Source of the DNA: Octopus sinensis
Lineage: Eukaryota
Assembly: GCF_006345805.1 (NCBI RefSeq)
Contig: NC_042997.1
Location: forward strand, 18,910,001 to 18,974,000
DNA length: 64,000 nucleotides
Direction: 5' to 3'
This document shows, in pieces, positions 1 to 12,759 of this stretch; the first letter of the stretch is position 1; the number at the start of each line of letters is the position of its first letter. The notes beneath the pieces are model-generated. The model searched no databases and was not told where the DNA came from. It was given only the letters and a program-made list of their open reading frames with translations. The translations under genes and the position numbers were made by a program.

Positions 1-420
1 TTGTTTCCTTCTGCCTGGTTTCTAAGGTATCATTTTCATTTACATCCAATTTACTTGCATATGAAAGACTGAGTTTCCTTTCTTTCATATTTTGATATTG
101 CTTCAGAATGCAAAACATTAAATATGTTTGTAATGCTGAATCACTTTGACATTTTGACAATCAGTTTGAAAATGTTGCTTGAGCCTTTAATTTTCAAAGC
201 TGTTGGTATGAATTTGAATCTATTCAACTGTATCAATATTGTTCAAAGGAAGCAATGCAAATCCTGTTTCTATGTGGCTCAACATACTTATGTGAAAAAG
301 GCTTTTCTGCCTTAGTATGTGTAAAAGTAAACTATGCACATACTAAGTCAACTATAAGTTAAAATGACTTACCTTGATAAGGATTTGACCAAGAATCGAT
401 GAACTTATAAAAAACATATC
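1..420 (+). mobile_element. Degenerate hAT (Charlie/SPIN-like) transposase C-terminal remnant
   Basis: From 252 the frame reads AMQILFLCGSTYLCEKGFSALVCVK, matching the hAT dimerisation motif STYLCExxFS. A shifted frame then gives I*PRIDELIKN, typical of hAT C-termini. Stops and frameshifts are present. Confidence 0.75.
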
Positions 421-719
421 TAGGATTATTAAGTTTTTATTTCTGTGGATACTTCTCATTAAATTATATTTCCAGATTAAAAATTTTTCTACAACCTGAA
501 TGAAGAAAGAATGAATTATTTATTGTGCATTCCCATGAAAAAGTGTGGAGGGGGAGTGTTCACTACTATTTTGTGGGATGAGGCTTGTAGCTCTTAGTGT
601 GGGAAATGTGTTTTAGAGCATTTAAGTGTGTTGTGCACCATTTAAATGGTCATATGGTTTGTGACCTGATGAGTTAGATAATTGGTCATATGGCTTGGTA
701 GTATTTACAACACCAACTG

Positions 720-1170
720 TTCATATTAATGGATATCATCAGATAAGTTTGGCTTAGAACTAATCATATGAATGATAGTGTTCTCTGTGGTATCATATTT
801 TTATGATTATTTATAAGACACTGGTTAGTGGCAGTATGCAGACAACAAATAGGTGAGGCGACAATCTGTTCCCTTGAAAGATTCCTCTTGATATTTACCT
901 CTCCCTGCTTATCTCCCCATGCAGTGAGTTCAGTTTGCCACGTTGTCATAGAGTTTTGTATTAACTTCAGGACATTGTGAGAGACCTTAAACAGTTTAAG
1001 GCATTCAATAATCCATCAGTGTGGGACCATGCCATATGTTTTCTTGTAGTCCACCTATACTATTGCCAAATTTTTGGGCCTCTTCTTGCAGTCAGCTAGG
1101 ATAGACTTATCGATTAGTAATTGATACTTCATTCCTCTGCTCTTACATCTACACTCCTGGTCGTAGGTCA
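720..1170 (-). mobile_element. R4/Dong-like (RLE) non-LTR retrotransposon RT fragment
   Basis: Minus strand reads SRGMKYQLLIDKSILADCKKRPKNLAIV*VDYKKTYGMVPH*WIIECLKLFK...NSMTTWQTELT...GEVNIKR, a decayed version of RT domains 2-4. Confidence 0.85.
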
Positions 1171-1176
1171 TTCTCA

Positions 1177-1211
<35 letters not shown>

Positions 1212-1214
1212 CTT

Positions 1215-1520
1215 CGTAACACTGTAGGTAAAAATGCACCAGTCTTTAGTCATCTGTCAAGTCACAACAAGGACCTCAGACAGATAATACTTTCCTTAAG
1301 ATGTGCGCTGTGCCCAATAAGGCTACTTTTTGTAAGACATCAATCTTGCATGGGATTTCCAGTTGCCTTAAGAAATTTTGAAGTTTCAGTGGGACTGAGC
1401 CCAGTGCTCCAATCACCACTGGTAGCACTTTTATATTACCCTCTCACATTCCATTCAGTCTTGTCATTTCCACTTTCAATTCGGAGTATTTGGTGACTTT
1501 TTCAACCTCTTTACTCACAA
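1215..1520 (-). mobile_element. R4/Dong-like LINE 3' end (RLE endonuclease C-terminus)
   Basis: Minus strand reads EVEKVTKYSELKVEM...VLPVVIGALGSVP...LQKVALLGTAHILRKVLS, flanked by (AAT)n tracts. Confidence 0.85.
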
Positions 1521-1557
<37 letters not shown>

Positions 1558-1559
1558 AG

Positions 1560-2520
1560 TATTTGTCTCTCTTATTCAATATGACAAAATCCAGCTGATG
1601 GTGTTTGATTACACGATCCGTCTGAAAATCATAGCCCCAGAGTATCATTACTTTTCCATCCTTCTGCAATTTAAGAAAGACCAGAGAGAGCAGATGAAGA
1701 AAATTTGGCAGGACAAGAAAATGCACATTCAGTGCTTGAAGAATAAAGATGAGATTGATTGGAACAGGGTCCACTGAGACATTAGTGTGCAGTGCTCAAA
1801 AACAAGCTCTCGGAACAAACTACTCAAAATATCACATTGATAAAAGCGCTGCCTAGCCACAGTGTAGGATGTACTCTGGGAAGGGAGAAAGTATAAGCTA
1901 TATTGTTAGTGAGTGCTGTAAGCTCGCACAACAAGAATACAAAAGGAGACACAACAATGTGGCCAGATATGTCCACTGGTTTTTGTGCAGTAAAGCAAAC
2001 CTCAAGAGAGCTGAACAATATGAACAGAAGCCAGAGGGAATAATGGAAATTTAACATAACAAAATACTCTGAGATTTTAACATACAGTGCCACTTAGTGA
2101 AAGAGGTGAGGTGGCCAGATATCATGATCATTCATAAAGATGAAAATGAAGTAAAGATAATAGATGTTGCAATACCAGACGATCCAAAAGTGAAATGTAA
2201 GGAAACAGAAAAGTGAGAAATACCAGCCGCTGCAGGATGAGATAGGAAAGTTATGGGGCATGAGAAAATTAATGGTGATACTGGTGGTAATTGGGGCACT
2301 GGGAGCAGTTTTCAAGAGCCATGAAAAACATATTAAAAACATTGGAGCTGCTCTCAGGCTCAAGGTGATCCAGAAGACAGCATTGTTGGGTACAGCTCAC
2401 ATTCTAAAGAGAGTATTGTCTCTTTGAGTCACAGGACATGGTACTACTTGAAACCTTTGGTGATTGCCTGCTTTCAAGTAAGGAACGACTGAATATTAAG
2501 AAATATCCGAGAGTCTTTCA
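1560..2520 (+). mobile_element. R4/Dong-like LINE 3' fragment: zinc knuckle, RLE domain and 3' UTR
   Basis: Reads GESISYIVSECCKLAQQEYKRRHNNVARYVHW, IIDVAIPDD, KYQPLQDEIGKLWGM, VVIGALG and QKTALLGTAHILKRVLSL, followed by an (AAT)n tail. Confidence 0.9.
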
Positions 2521-2573
2521 TAATAATAATAATAATATTAATAATAATGATAATAATAATAATAATAATAATA

Positions 2574-2642
<69 letters not shown>

Positions 2643-2665
2643 ATAATAATAATAATAATCATTTA
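2520..2665. repeat. Compound (AAT)n/(GAT)n/(CAT)n microsatellite
   Basis: Directly visible trinucleotide tracts; source of the poly-N/D/H and poly-I/M ORFs. Confidence 0.95.
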
Positions 2666-4189
2666 GCGTCCATTGTTCATGCTGGCATGATGGTTGAATT
2701 AAATACCTGCTAACTAAATTAACATGCACTAGCACAATAATAATAATAATAATAATACTCTTACTCAGGTTAGTAATCCATTTAATTTATTTTAATGAGA
2801 TGACATAACCTTGGCTTTTAGTCGTGAATACTAAGTCTTTCTTTGGTGAAGAATACACTACATAATGTAAGAGAAGATATGAGTTGAAAGCAAATCTTGA
2901 TATAATAACAATTATATGTAGTGGAAAAGTGAAATGACTTCTGGTATGGGTGTGTAAAGTGTACGGAAGACAGCTGGATAAAAGTACCAAGTAAGTATTT
3001 ATGTTACCATACATTTTGCATTCAAATCCTGCTTGTGTAAAACTGTTTTGTGCTTGTGATTGGGAGAGTATGGAAATGTAAATTATTTTGGGTGAAACAA
3101 ATTAACAAGAAGCTCACTTGTATCTTCGCACCTTTTCTCATTTTGCATCTACTGACCATGCCGTGATACCATTGAAAACTGCTTTTTGCATGCAAGTATC
3201 ATACAATCAAACCTTCACTGAGTGAGAGAATTCCTTCACTACCAGCTAAGGTAATATTGCCCTGAACATTTTCCATCCATTCTTATCTGGCTCTTATGCT
3301 TTCAAGACATTTACCTCCAAGAAGTTTTGGTTATAAGTCGAAGTTAGCAAAGGGTATTATGACATCTTAGAAGGAAAATGCAAAATTGATATCAGAAATG
3401 TAAACTTATCAATTGAAATTGAGATTCCTATATTTAAAAACATACATTTTGTTCTTTATCTGAGAAGAGAAATTGAGCATTTATGAGAAAGATATTTGAA
3501 CAGGAATTGTTGTTAACGGACAAAAGAATATTATGCAGTAATAATTGCTTCAAAGGAACAAAAGAAAGAAGAGTTTTTTAACTAATTGAATTCTGTCCTC
3601 ATTAAGAATAAACAGAATTAAGCAAAAAAGAATTCCAATTCCTTTGACAGAGAATTTTCGCATGTTCTCATTAATTTTATTTTATAGGGTTTTTGATTTA
3701 TTCAAGTAAAATTCTTTAAAAATTTGTTGTTATTGTCGTTGTTGTTGTTGTAGTTATATCTCTAGTATAAGCATATCAGGTAGCTTCAGGCCTGTTGCAA
3801 GCCCAGTGATTTTTTTTTATTGCTTCATCAATTACGGATATTGAAGAAATGTGGGAGGAATTTATCTCATTTTAACTCACAAATAGATATTTCCTCAGGC
3901 AGTACCTTTATTAACTATATATGAGTAAACGGAAATCTTTGCAAGTAACAAGTTACCACATGATGCACATACTAAGAAATTCTAGAAATGCTCTCATTCA
4001 AATGCTTTCATCCTATTCATTTATTTCTTTTAGTTATTGTTTTGCTATGTCTAATGTAATAAAGGAAGCTTAGTTAAAGTAGAAGACTCAACGTTTTTAA
4101 TAACTGAACACTATTGCTTTTAACGATATCATTACTGATAAGGAGCAGTTCTGTAAGACAGATTTTTACCATGTATAAGTCATGCTTTA

Positions 4190-4336
4190 GCATGTATATA
4201 TACATATATATATACATGTATGTATATATACATACATATATATATATATATATATACATACATACACATATATATATATACGTATATATATATATATATA
4301 TCTACATATATATATATATCTACATATATATATATC

Positions 4337-4382
<46 letters not shown>

Positions 4383-4389
4383 CATACAT

Positions 4390-4436
<47 letters not shown>

Positions 4437-4610
4437 CATACACACTTTAGTTCAGACTACACATATATATATGTGTACATACACATACACATATACACAT
4501 TTACATACACATACACATATACACATTTACAAACACAAACATACTCTCTCTCTCTCTCACACACAAACACACATACACATACACACATGCATGATACATT
4601 ATATATACAC
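4190..4610. repeat. (AT)n/(AC)n compound microsatellite
   Basis: Directly visible; source of the YIYI ORFs. Confidence 0.95.
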
Positions 4611-4614
4611 ATAT

Positions 4615-4790
4615 GTGTAGGTAAATTTATGGCTCTGTGATTCAAAAGTTTGCGTCCCAACCATATGGTTTCCAGCTCAGTTCCTTGGCATTTGGGCAAA
4701 TGTCTTTTACAATAGCTTTGAGCCAACAAAAGCCTTGTGAGTGGATTTGGTACACGGAAATTGAAAGAATCCCATTATATATGTGTTTGT
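4615..4790 (+). mobile_element. tRNA-derived SINE family 1, diverged 5' half
   Basis: Similar to the full copies at 6443 and 47583 (aaagccttgtgagtggatttggta..cggaaa). Confidence 0.7.
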
Positions 4791-5049
4791 GTGTGTATGT
4801 GTCCATGCATATGTGTGTGCGAACATTTATGTATATATGTAAGTGTTGTGTATGGGTGTGGGCATGATTTGTAGCACTTTATCTTGCCAGCATGATACCT
4901 GTAAATAAGTGTAACCATAGAAGCAATGTCAATCATATCTAAAACTTCCATGAAAACATATCCATTCATGGAGGCATGGAAAAGTGGTCATTAAAGCACA
5001 TGTGTGTGTCTAACATATACCTGCATGGTAAACGGACGTTAAAGGATGA

Positions 5050-5485
5050 TGATGAGTGTGATTGTTGCTGGAGCAACAAGCTTGCCTCCGTGCTGATGGC
5101 ATGTAAAATGCACCATTCGAGCATGATCGTTACCAGTGTTGCCTTACTGGCACTTGTGCTGTTGGCACGTAAAAAAATATTCAAGCAAGGTCGTTGCCAG
5201 TGCCACTGGACTGGCTCCTGTGCAGGTGGCACATAAAAAGCACCATTTGAGCATGACCGCTGCCAGTACCGCCTGACTGGCTCTCGTGCTGGTGGCCCGT
5301 AAAAGCACCCACTGCACTCTCAGAGTCATTGGCGTTAGGAAGGGCATCTCACTGTAGAAACTCTGCCAGATCAGATTGGAGTCTGGTGCAGCCATCTGGT
5401 TCGCCAGACCTCAGTCAAATCGTCCAACCCATGCTAGCATGGAAAGCGGATGTTAAACGATGAGGATGATGATGATGATGATGAT
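5050..5485 (+). mobile_element. RTE-type 3'-end repeat with ~60-bp subrepeats and (GAT)n tail
   Basis: Contains gcacgtaaaagcacc subrepeats, then ggcgttaggaagggcatc...ccaacccatgctagcatggaaagcgga..gttaaacgatgatg. The same tail follows RTE ORF ends at 18850 and 22380. Confidence 0.85.
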
Positions 5486-5616
5486 TTACAAACATGAATT
5501 TTGGAGTTAGCTTAATAATGCACATACAAACACACGGACACGCACACACATACACACACATGTACATATATATATATGTATGTGTGTGTGTATATGTTTA
5601 CACATACACACACACT

Positions 5617-5656
<40 letters not shown>

Positions 5657-6103
5657 GAGAGAGAGAGAGAGAGATTAAGTACAATGTGGGTTGTAAAATA
5701 ATTTATCTAATGATCCAAACATGTTTAATTATCTTAGAATTACACTCTCAAGAATGAGAGTAATTCTTGTAAAGAAAAGTGGGGCAGGAAGAGACAAACA
5801 AAAATGCCATTTGTTAAATTTTTATAAAACATTTATCAATGTCTACTTGTTACCAACAGCATTGTTCTTGAAAGGAAACCACTCAAATCTCTGAGGTTCG
5901 GCCAATCAATAGGTAATGAGGAGGACACATTACATACTATAAGCAATTAAATCATTTTACAATGGAAGTATGAAGGTACATGGCTTACTGGTTATGTTGT
6001 TTGGCTAATGATTATAAGGTTATGGGTTCTATTATTGGCTTGTGCAGTACATTGTGCATGTTGAACAAAGCACATCATTTCATGAGACCCCAATTTTATT
6101 CAG

Positions 6104-6132
6104 CTGAAAATTGGTTCCCAGAGTTTCTGGAG
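6104..6132 (+). CDS. Candidate 29-nt micro-exon (ENWFPEFLE), product unknown
   Basis: Acceptor aattttattcag, donor gag|gtaagg, open frame. No homology recognised. Confidence 0.15.
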
Positions 6133-6442
6133 GTAAGGTTTGATCCTATGACAGACAACTTCCCTCTTCTGCAGAGAGTCTTATTATCTCAGATACTTAA
6201 ATAACTCTGAAGCTGAGTTAAGCTCTAACATAATGGTCTTATAAGCTTGAAGCAAATTTTAATATTTCTTTTTAGATTTATAATTGATGTGAGTTCAATA
6301 AGTAGTGATGCAGAGTTCAAACCTTTGCAAGAGTAGAACTTTAGTCAGGCTAGCATAATTTCTTTCAGTAGCTTAATTTTACAAACATGAGTTTTGGAGT
6401 TAGCTTAATAATATTTCACCATGTAATATGGGTATAAGAGAC

Positions 6443-6842
6443 AGGTGTAGGAATGGCTGTGGGGTAAGTAGCTTGCTTACCAACCACATAGTTCCGGGTT
6501 CAGTCCCACTGTATGGCAAGTGTCTTCTACTATAGCCTCGGGCCGACCAAAGCCTTGTGAGTGGATTTGGTAGACGGAAGCTGAAAGAAGCCTGTCGTAT
6601 ATATGTCTATATATATATATATGTATTTGTGTGTGTATGTTTGTGTGTCTGTGTTTGTCCCCCCAACATTGCTTGACAACTGATGCTGGTGTGCTTATGT
6701 CCCCGTGACTTAGCAGCTCAGCAAAAGAGACCGATAGAATAAGTACTAGACTTACAGAGAATAAGTCCTGGGGTCGATTTGCTTGACTAAAGACAGTGCT
6801 CCAGCATGGTCACATTTAAATAACTGAAACAAGTAAAAGAGA
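6443..6842 (+). mobile_element. tRNA-derived SINE family 1, full length
   Basis: tRNA-like head (tggctgtggggtaag...ggttcagtccc), central TA/TG microsatellite, and 3' end ccagcatggtc...actgaaacaagtaaaagag. Near-identical copies lie at 23862 and 47583. Confidence 0.9.
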
Positions 6843-7784
6843 AAGGTGAAGTACAGAAGAATTTATACTGAAGAATTTGGTTCAAATCCACTCCATTCAA
6901 CATTATTTTTCAATGCATCAAACCAATAACAAATCTTAACTTCTCCAATATCCCAGATATTCCCTACTGATCTACCTTATGATCCTATTGCAGCATTTGA
7001 ATTAATGAGCTGCAAGAACTGAATTATCACATGAATATAGACATGTACAAAATGAAGTTTGCTTTTACATTCAATCACATTTTTACTTTACATCAGTCTT
7101 GTATTTAGTTTAGAGTGAAGCAGAGGTCATATTAGCTATACACAATCTTAAATATATATTACCCATACGCAATTTTAGTACGCATACAAAATATTATCCA
7201 TACACAATATTAAATATATTAGCTATACACAATCTTAACTATATAATGCCTTAAGCTGTTAAAAAAAAAGATGCATTTGTTTTCTTATTGCTCTGAAAGC
7301 AAGTCCTAGTGGAGAAGACAACTGACTTCTAACTTAAAACTCATGACTTTATATTTCTCTGAAGGGGTTTATAATTATTTCATTGGCAAAATACTGATGT
7401 CTACTTTCTCCTAAAAATGCATGACACGTACAGTGCAAAATGAAGTCATGATTTAGGAGTTATAATAATACTAAACCAAAAAAAAAAATAGCTGAATAGT
7501 GGTAGTTAAAACTGCAAGAGATTGAAAGATGTATTTCTCTTTATTGACGCCTACACAATATCTATATTTTACCTGCAGTGTTGATTTTTTAAAAAATTAC
7601 ATAAATCTCCAAATCTTTCTCATTTTATCATTCCTTTTTTTTTACCCAACTAATTCGCTAGTTTTTGTTTCTTATTCTTTATCTTATTATCTTATTAATC
7701 TATTGTTCTGTTTTACTTTTAGGCACATATCTTTCCAAAATTTTCCCAAATTTCTTGATCTTTCTCATTCCATCATCTCTCACT

Positions 7785-7786
7785 AA

Positions 7787-7820
<34 letters not shown>

Positions 7821-7855
7821 GTATAGGTGTATATATATATACATACATATATATG

Positions 7856-7909
<54 letters not shown>

Positions 7910-8243
7910 CATACACACATATGAACAGGTTTGCTTCCTATTTATATTATCTAGACTTATATGTATAAGCTCCTTCTCACCATACGTTATCCCCTTCACT
8001 ATCTTTTCGATATTCATTTACCTGTCTATATATGTGTGTAAAATTTCATTTTAGAATTACATATAAGCATGAACTCTGCAGGAGATTAATTTCAAATGTC
8101 ATGGTCGACCGGGCCTTCATGTTCTAGGTTCGTGTTCTTTACAGAACAATATATTGATTAAAAGAAAATCTATTGCCACAAATGAAAATCATGTTATTGC
8201 ACAATTAAGTGTGGACTTGTTCATCTCTCTACTAATTATTTAG

Positions 8244-8274
<31 letters not shown>

Positions 8275-8389
8275 TGTATGCATGTATGTATGTATATTTA
8301 AAAACTATAGGAATACATATGTGTATAAATATACACACACATACAAATATGTAAGCAGGTATATACACACATGCGCATACACACCACAC

Positions 8390-8430
<41 letters not shown>
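7785..8430. repeat. Cluster of (AT)n and (TATG)n microsatellites
   Basis: Visible tracts at about 7785-7925, 8245-8295 and 8390-8430. Confidence 0.9.
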
Positions 8431-8431
<1 letters not shown>

Positions 8432-9319
8432 CAGAGCAACCTAAATAGCAATCAATTACAAAGACCTGAATACCTATTCATATATCATTGCCTCTATCTC
8501 TCTCTTTGTTTCTTTCTGTTAGTAAATATGTATATGTGTATGCATAGACATATTATGTATACATGTATAGATGTGTATACATATGTGCCTACACATAAAT
8601 ACATACATATATATATATGTGTGTAAGAGTGTATATACATACATGTAATAATTTGTAACATCAGCAAAAAACACAGATTAATTGGAGAGTGAAACACAAT
8701 TGGGTAAATGTTCTTCAGATACGAATACGAAATATTTTTTAATCCTAGGGAGTTGAATAAATAAAATCAACTCCAGCCAGATTAGAACTCTGTTCAAATA
8801 CTCATGAAACCAAATGCAGATGTAACATACTGTGTGCAACCATACTATTCTGTTTCTGCCTTTTTGTTGACTTTAAGACTCAAAACATAATTAACAAATA
8901 AATTATTTGATTAATGATTATTTAATTACTGAAAAATTTTAAGCTGTGAATTTATAAAGTGCCGAGTAATCAACAGAGAATTCAAAAATTCACATCCTCT
9001 CAGGAGCACTGTATTGCAAATGTTACCAGTAATCTTCTCTGTAAAATACCTCAGTCCACCTAGATGTTAATAGAAACTGTAAATTAGGAACAACTTGCCA
9101 TTGAAAGTAGTATCTTTGTAAATTTAGCATATTCTCTAGGCTGAACTATGTTGAATTCATCTCTTCCTAGTAATCAGATATAGAAGCAAATGTTACAATA
9201 AACATTGCTTGTCATTCACATAAAAAAACTTTATAACTTGCCAAAAAAAATATTATTTAATAAAATAATGAAAACTAACTGCTTAAATGTTTTAGTAAAT
9301 TACAAGCTGTAAGGCTGTT

Positions 9320-9793
9320 TCTTGCACCAGCTCCACATAGAAGCCCCAGCCCATCCAAAGTACTTTGGATTGTAGGATAGCCTGCTGTGCTTACCTTGGA
9401 TCATAGGGCGATCTGCTGTGCTTGAGGAGCCCTACTGAGTCAAGTACATCAACATCAAAAACTCAAATGGAAATTGTAGTTGTGATACCTGTGCCAGTGA
9501 CATGTAAAAAGCACCATCCAAACGTGGTCGATGCCAGCGCCACCTTGATTGGCTTCCATGCCGGTGGCATGTAAAAAGCACCATCCGATCAATGCCGTTA
9601 CCAGTCTCCCCTGGCACCTGTGCTCGTGGCACATAAAAAGCACTCACTACACTCATGGAGTGGTTGGCATTAGGAAGGGCATCCAGCTGTAGAATCACTG
9701 CCAGATCATTCTGGAGCCTGGTGCAGCCTCCAGACTTCCCAGACCCTGGTAGAACCATCCAGCCCATGCTAGCATGGAAAATGGACGTTAAAC

Positions 9794-9825
<32 letters not shown>

Positions 9826-9850
9826 CGATGATGATGACGATGATGATGAA
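9320..9850 (+). mobile_element. RTE-type 3'-end repeat with (GAT)n tail
   Basis: Same family as 5050-5485. Confidence 0.85.
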
Positions 9851-10289
9851 ACTGCTATTTTGTCTTCAGCTAGATGGTAGCAAGCAAACAAGAATTGAAA
9901 ATCTCAAGATTTACTTAGGAGGGAACTAGCAATGGGTATCTTAAAGACAAATTACGTTTTGCTTAATATTCTACATTTACAAAGTAAAAGCAGCTAATTG
10001 GTGAAGCAGTTTCATTGAGTGCAAATATCATGAATTGTGTTTGTTGAATCCTGCTTATTTAAAACTATTATCAAAAATTCTTTGAACTTTTGTTTCTTAG
10101 AATAGCAAACTGAAAATAATATGCTTCTAAAGATTTCCATTCTACCATAGATTCAGATTCTAAAATCTACAGTATATTTACTCTCAAACAATTACATACA
10201 CCTTGATTAGCATGTTATTTTTAGATTATAATAACAGTTTAGCGAAATAATTTGGAAGGAATGAAAAAAAACAAAAACTGTCAAGCCAT

Positions 10290-10901
10290 TCTACAGTGAA
10301 TCCAAAAGATTTCCGTCCTATCACAAGAGTTCCTTTCTCAAAGAATCCAATATTGTGCAAACTAAACTGTTATGTTGATGACATATTTATTCAGAAAGGG
10401 TTCAGGTTAGCTTTATGATATTACTAATAACAATATTTGATAAAAATAACCATAGATCACCTTATTTTCCTCCATGCAAATCTAGCTGCCAAAGTATGAT
10501 GCTTGCCTCTGGAATAGGATATTTGCCTCTGGAACCGATTCTTTACTGATCTTCTGTTTTCAGCAACCATGTCTCATGGAATCTATAGAGATGAGATAGA
10601 GGAGTGTGCAGCAGCTGTGCATACATAAATCTACATTGTGTGTTGCTAATATTTTTTTATAATCCAAAGATGGCATGTTAAAAGTGAGAAAGCCAGAAGT
10701 ATGGGTGAGTGCAGACTGTTGAAGCATAAATAAAAAAAATAAAACAAATTTTAAAAATGCATTCTTTTTTTTTCTTTTGTCAAAAAATCACTGATACCAT
10801 TGGAAACATAGCAGAACATTCTGTTCATATGTACACAGCTAGAATTGATGAATTATGTTACCCACACACATACACATATGTATATACATATATATAAGGA
10901 G

Positions 10902-10953
<52 letters not shown>

Positions 10954-10955
10954 GT

Positions 10956-11044
<89 letters not shown>

Positions 11045-11526
11045 TTTATATATATAGGAGCAATTCTTTTAGTAAGTAAATGCTAGAGAGAAGGAAAAAA
11101 AATAAAGTAAAAGAAATCAAAACACTAAAAGAAATCCTCTTAAGTAGTTTTCCTGCTTTATAAGAAATATTGTATATAAACAAATGTATATTTTCTCCTC
11201 AGAGACCAGACAAAACAATTAGACAAATGGATCCTTTGAGTGCAGCAGTAGATAAAACATATTTCAAAGCACCGCAAGACAATACAAAGTTACTTGTTGA
11301 AACTAAAAGATGAATGCAAAAATATATTGATGATAAAGTGCAGAATACTTTCTACACTTGTAGTATTTATTCGCGTGGAGAGGTGTCCGATATATATATA
11401 GGAAGAAGTGAATAGTGTCTCTCTGTAGAGCAGACTAGAAAGAAAGCTGAATTATATAAAATGGAAGAAATTTGTTATATAAAGCATAAAGCAAAAGTAA
11501 ATTCCATTAATACAAATAATAAATAG
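10290..11526 (+). mobile_element. Highly decayed Penelope-like element (YVDD RT motif and GIY-YIG-like remnant), split by an (AT)n tract
   Basis: About 10360-10400 reads KLNCYVDDIFIQ. 11203-11526 is one frame with only two internal stops, containing FYTCSIYSRGEVSDIYIGRSE*CL (GIY-YIG-like Y..C....YIG). Confidence 0.4.
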
Positions 11527-11756
11527 CTACAATTTTTTAAAAATATATTTTTCTTTTAAGTGGGATTGATACATTAAAATTCAGCATCATTTAGTTCTTA
11601 TCTCTTATTTCATTTTATTTTATATCATATATTTTTTCAAACTGAAACTATTGTGGATGTTTTACAATGACTAAGTGCTGAGAGATTTCAGACCAGTAAA
11701 TCTTTACACAGAGGTAGAAGTAGCCTTCATTCAAGCATAATGGATAATATCCTTAC

Positions 11757-11888
11757 TCATCCAGCCTGTTGTTGTGCAATTTGGATTCCATGATTAAATT
11801 TAGGCAGCAGCTGCCGACTCTGTCTAACAATGATTCCATATATGGAATAGTCACAAGATTTAGATATTTGGGCTTTATACTGATCTGC
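11757..11888 (-). CDS. Candidate exon, product unknown (alternatively antisense of a decayed LINE RT)
   Basis: Acceptor attttag, donor gtaagg, 132 nt open (QISIKPKYLNLVTIPYMESLLDRVG...), in phase with 12230-12315. However the plus strand reads IVTRFRYLGFIL, like non-LTR RT domain 7. Confidence 0.2.
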   Translation of the reverse strand, partial: ADQYKAQISKSCDYSIYGIIVRQSRQLLPKFNHGIQIAQQQAG

Positions 11889-12229
11889 CTAAAATTAAGC
11901 CATGTCCATGTTTGTATCATTAGTTCTTAACATACATTGATATATATAGAACTTAGCACTTGCAGACATTGGTAAGGAGACTGGTCTCAAGCATATATCA
12001 AATAAACCTGATAAAATTTACCTTCATGGATGAGACTATGAAGAAATTCTTTCCTTTCAGAAGACCTCAGACACCAATAATAATAACATTTCTTTGCTCA
12101 TTATGAATTTTGCCGTAAATGTCAAAATTCAAAATTATTTTGCTGGAAGGTATTGAAACTTTTTTATGCTAAATACTGTAAACATTTGTGAGGGAAATGG
12201 AAAGTTGGCTATATACTGTAGTAATTTAC

Positions 12230-12315
12230 CGTATACATTCCTGAATAATGCCATCAAGAGGATTTTGAAGATATTTCTTCCTGTAAGGGTGTAATGCCAG
12301 TTGAAAATCTGTCAG
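12230..12315 (-). CDS. Candidate exon, product unknown
   Basis: Branch-like ctaac, acceptor ctcattcag, donor cg|gtaaat; reads LTDFQLALHPYRKKYLQNPLDGIIQECI. No family recognised. Confidence 0.22.
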
Positions 12316-12759
12316 CTGAATGAGATGTTAACTGTTAATTGCATTAGTTAGGGACTATTCAGTGCTGGCTCTTGATTTCATCTCAGAATTTTTACACAAT
12401 AATATACTGAAGAGAGTGATGTTCCTTAAGCTGTATTCTAATGTATGTCCAAAATTGTATGGGAAGAGTATGAGGAGTGTATTTATGCACTAAATGGTGA
12501 TTTTCATCTTGGTGCAAGAAAGTCACTCAAGTGGTTTACTAAGTTGAGAAGTATACAAACATTTATAACATTATTTTATTTATCTAGAATGATGCAAAAA
12601 AGGAATTCATGTGGTATTCTCAAGAACTATATTGATGATTTTTCTTTTGTAGCAAAGAATTGTTTGAGGAGGACATGAGTGGCAGTATCAATAAAAGAAA
12701 TTTGGAGTACAAACTAATGAAAGTGAAACATTCAAATCAGGATTGTCATCATTATCATC

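Noticed and set aside
2922-2990. Possible selenocysteine exon (EK*NDFWYGCVKC) splicing in frame to 6104-6132
   Set aside because: It has a good donor (aa|gtaagt) but stops in all frames. I saw no SECIS and no selenoprotein motif, so the in-frame TGA is most simply a real stop.
3118-3181. Minus-strand FQWYHGMVSR, resembling the start of an SH2 domain
   Set aside because: The acceptor is weak, the AExLL helix and FLVR motif are missing, and no further SH2 exon was found.
4074-4620. YIYI-, VCVC-, poly-N and poly-L-type ORFs here and throughout the track
   Set aside because: These are translations of di-, tri- and tetranucleotide microsatellites.
6443-6520. tRNA gene
   Set aside because: Only a tRNA-like SINE head with A/B-box remnants. 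It gives no complete cloverleaf and continues into the SINE body.
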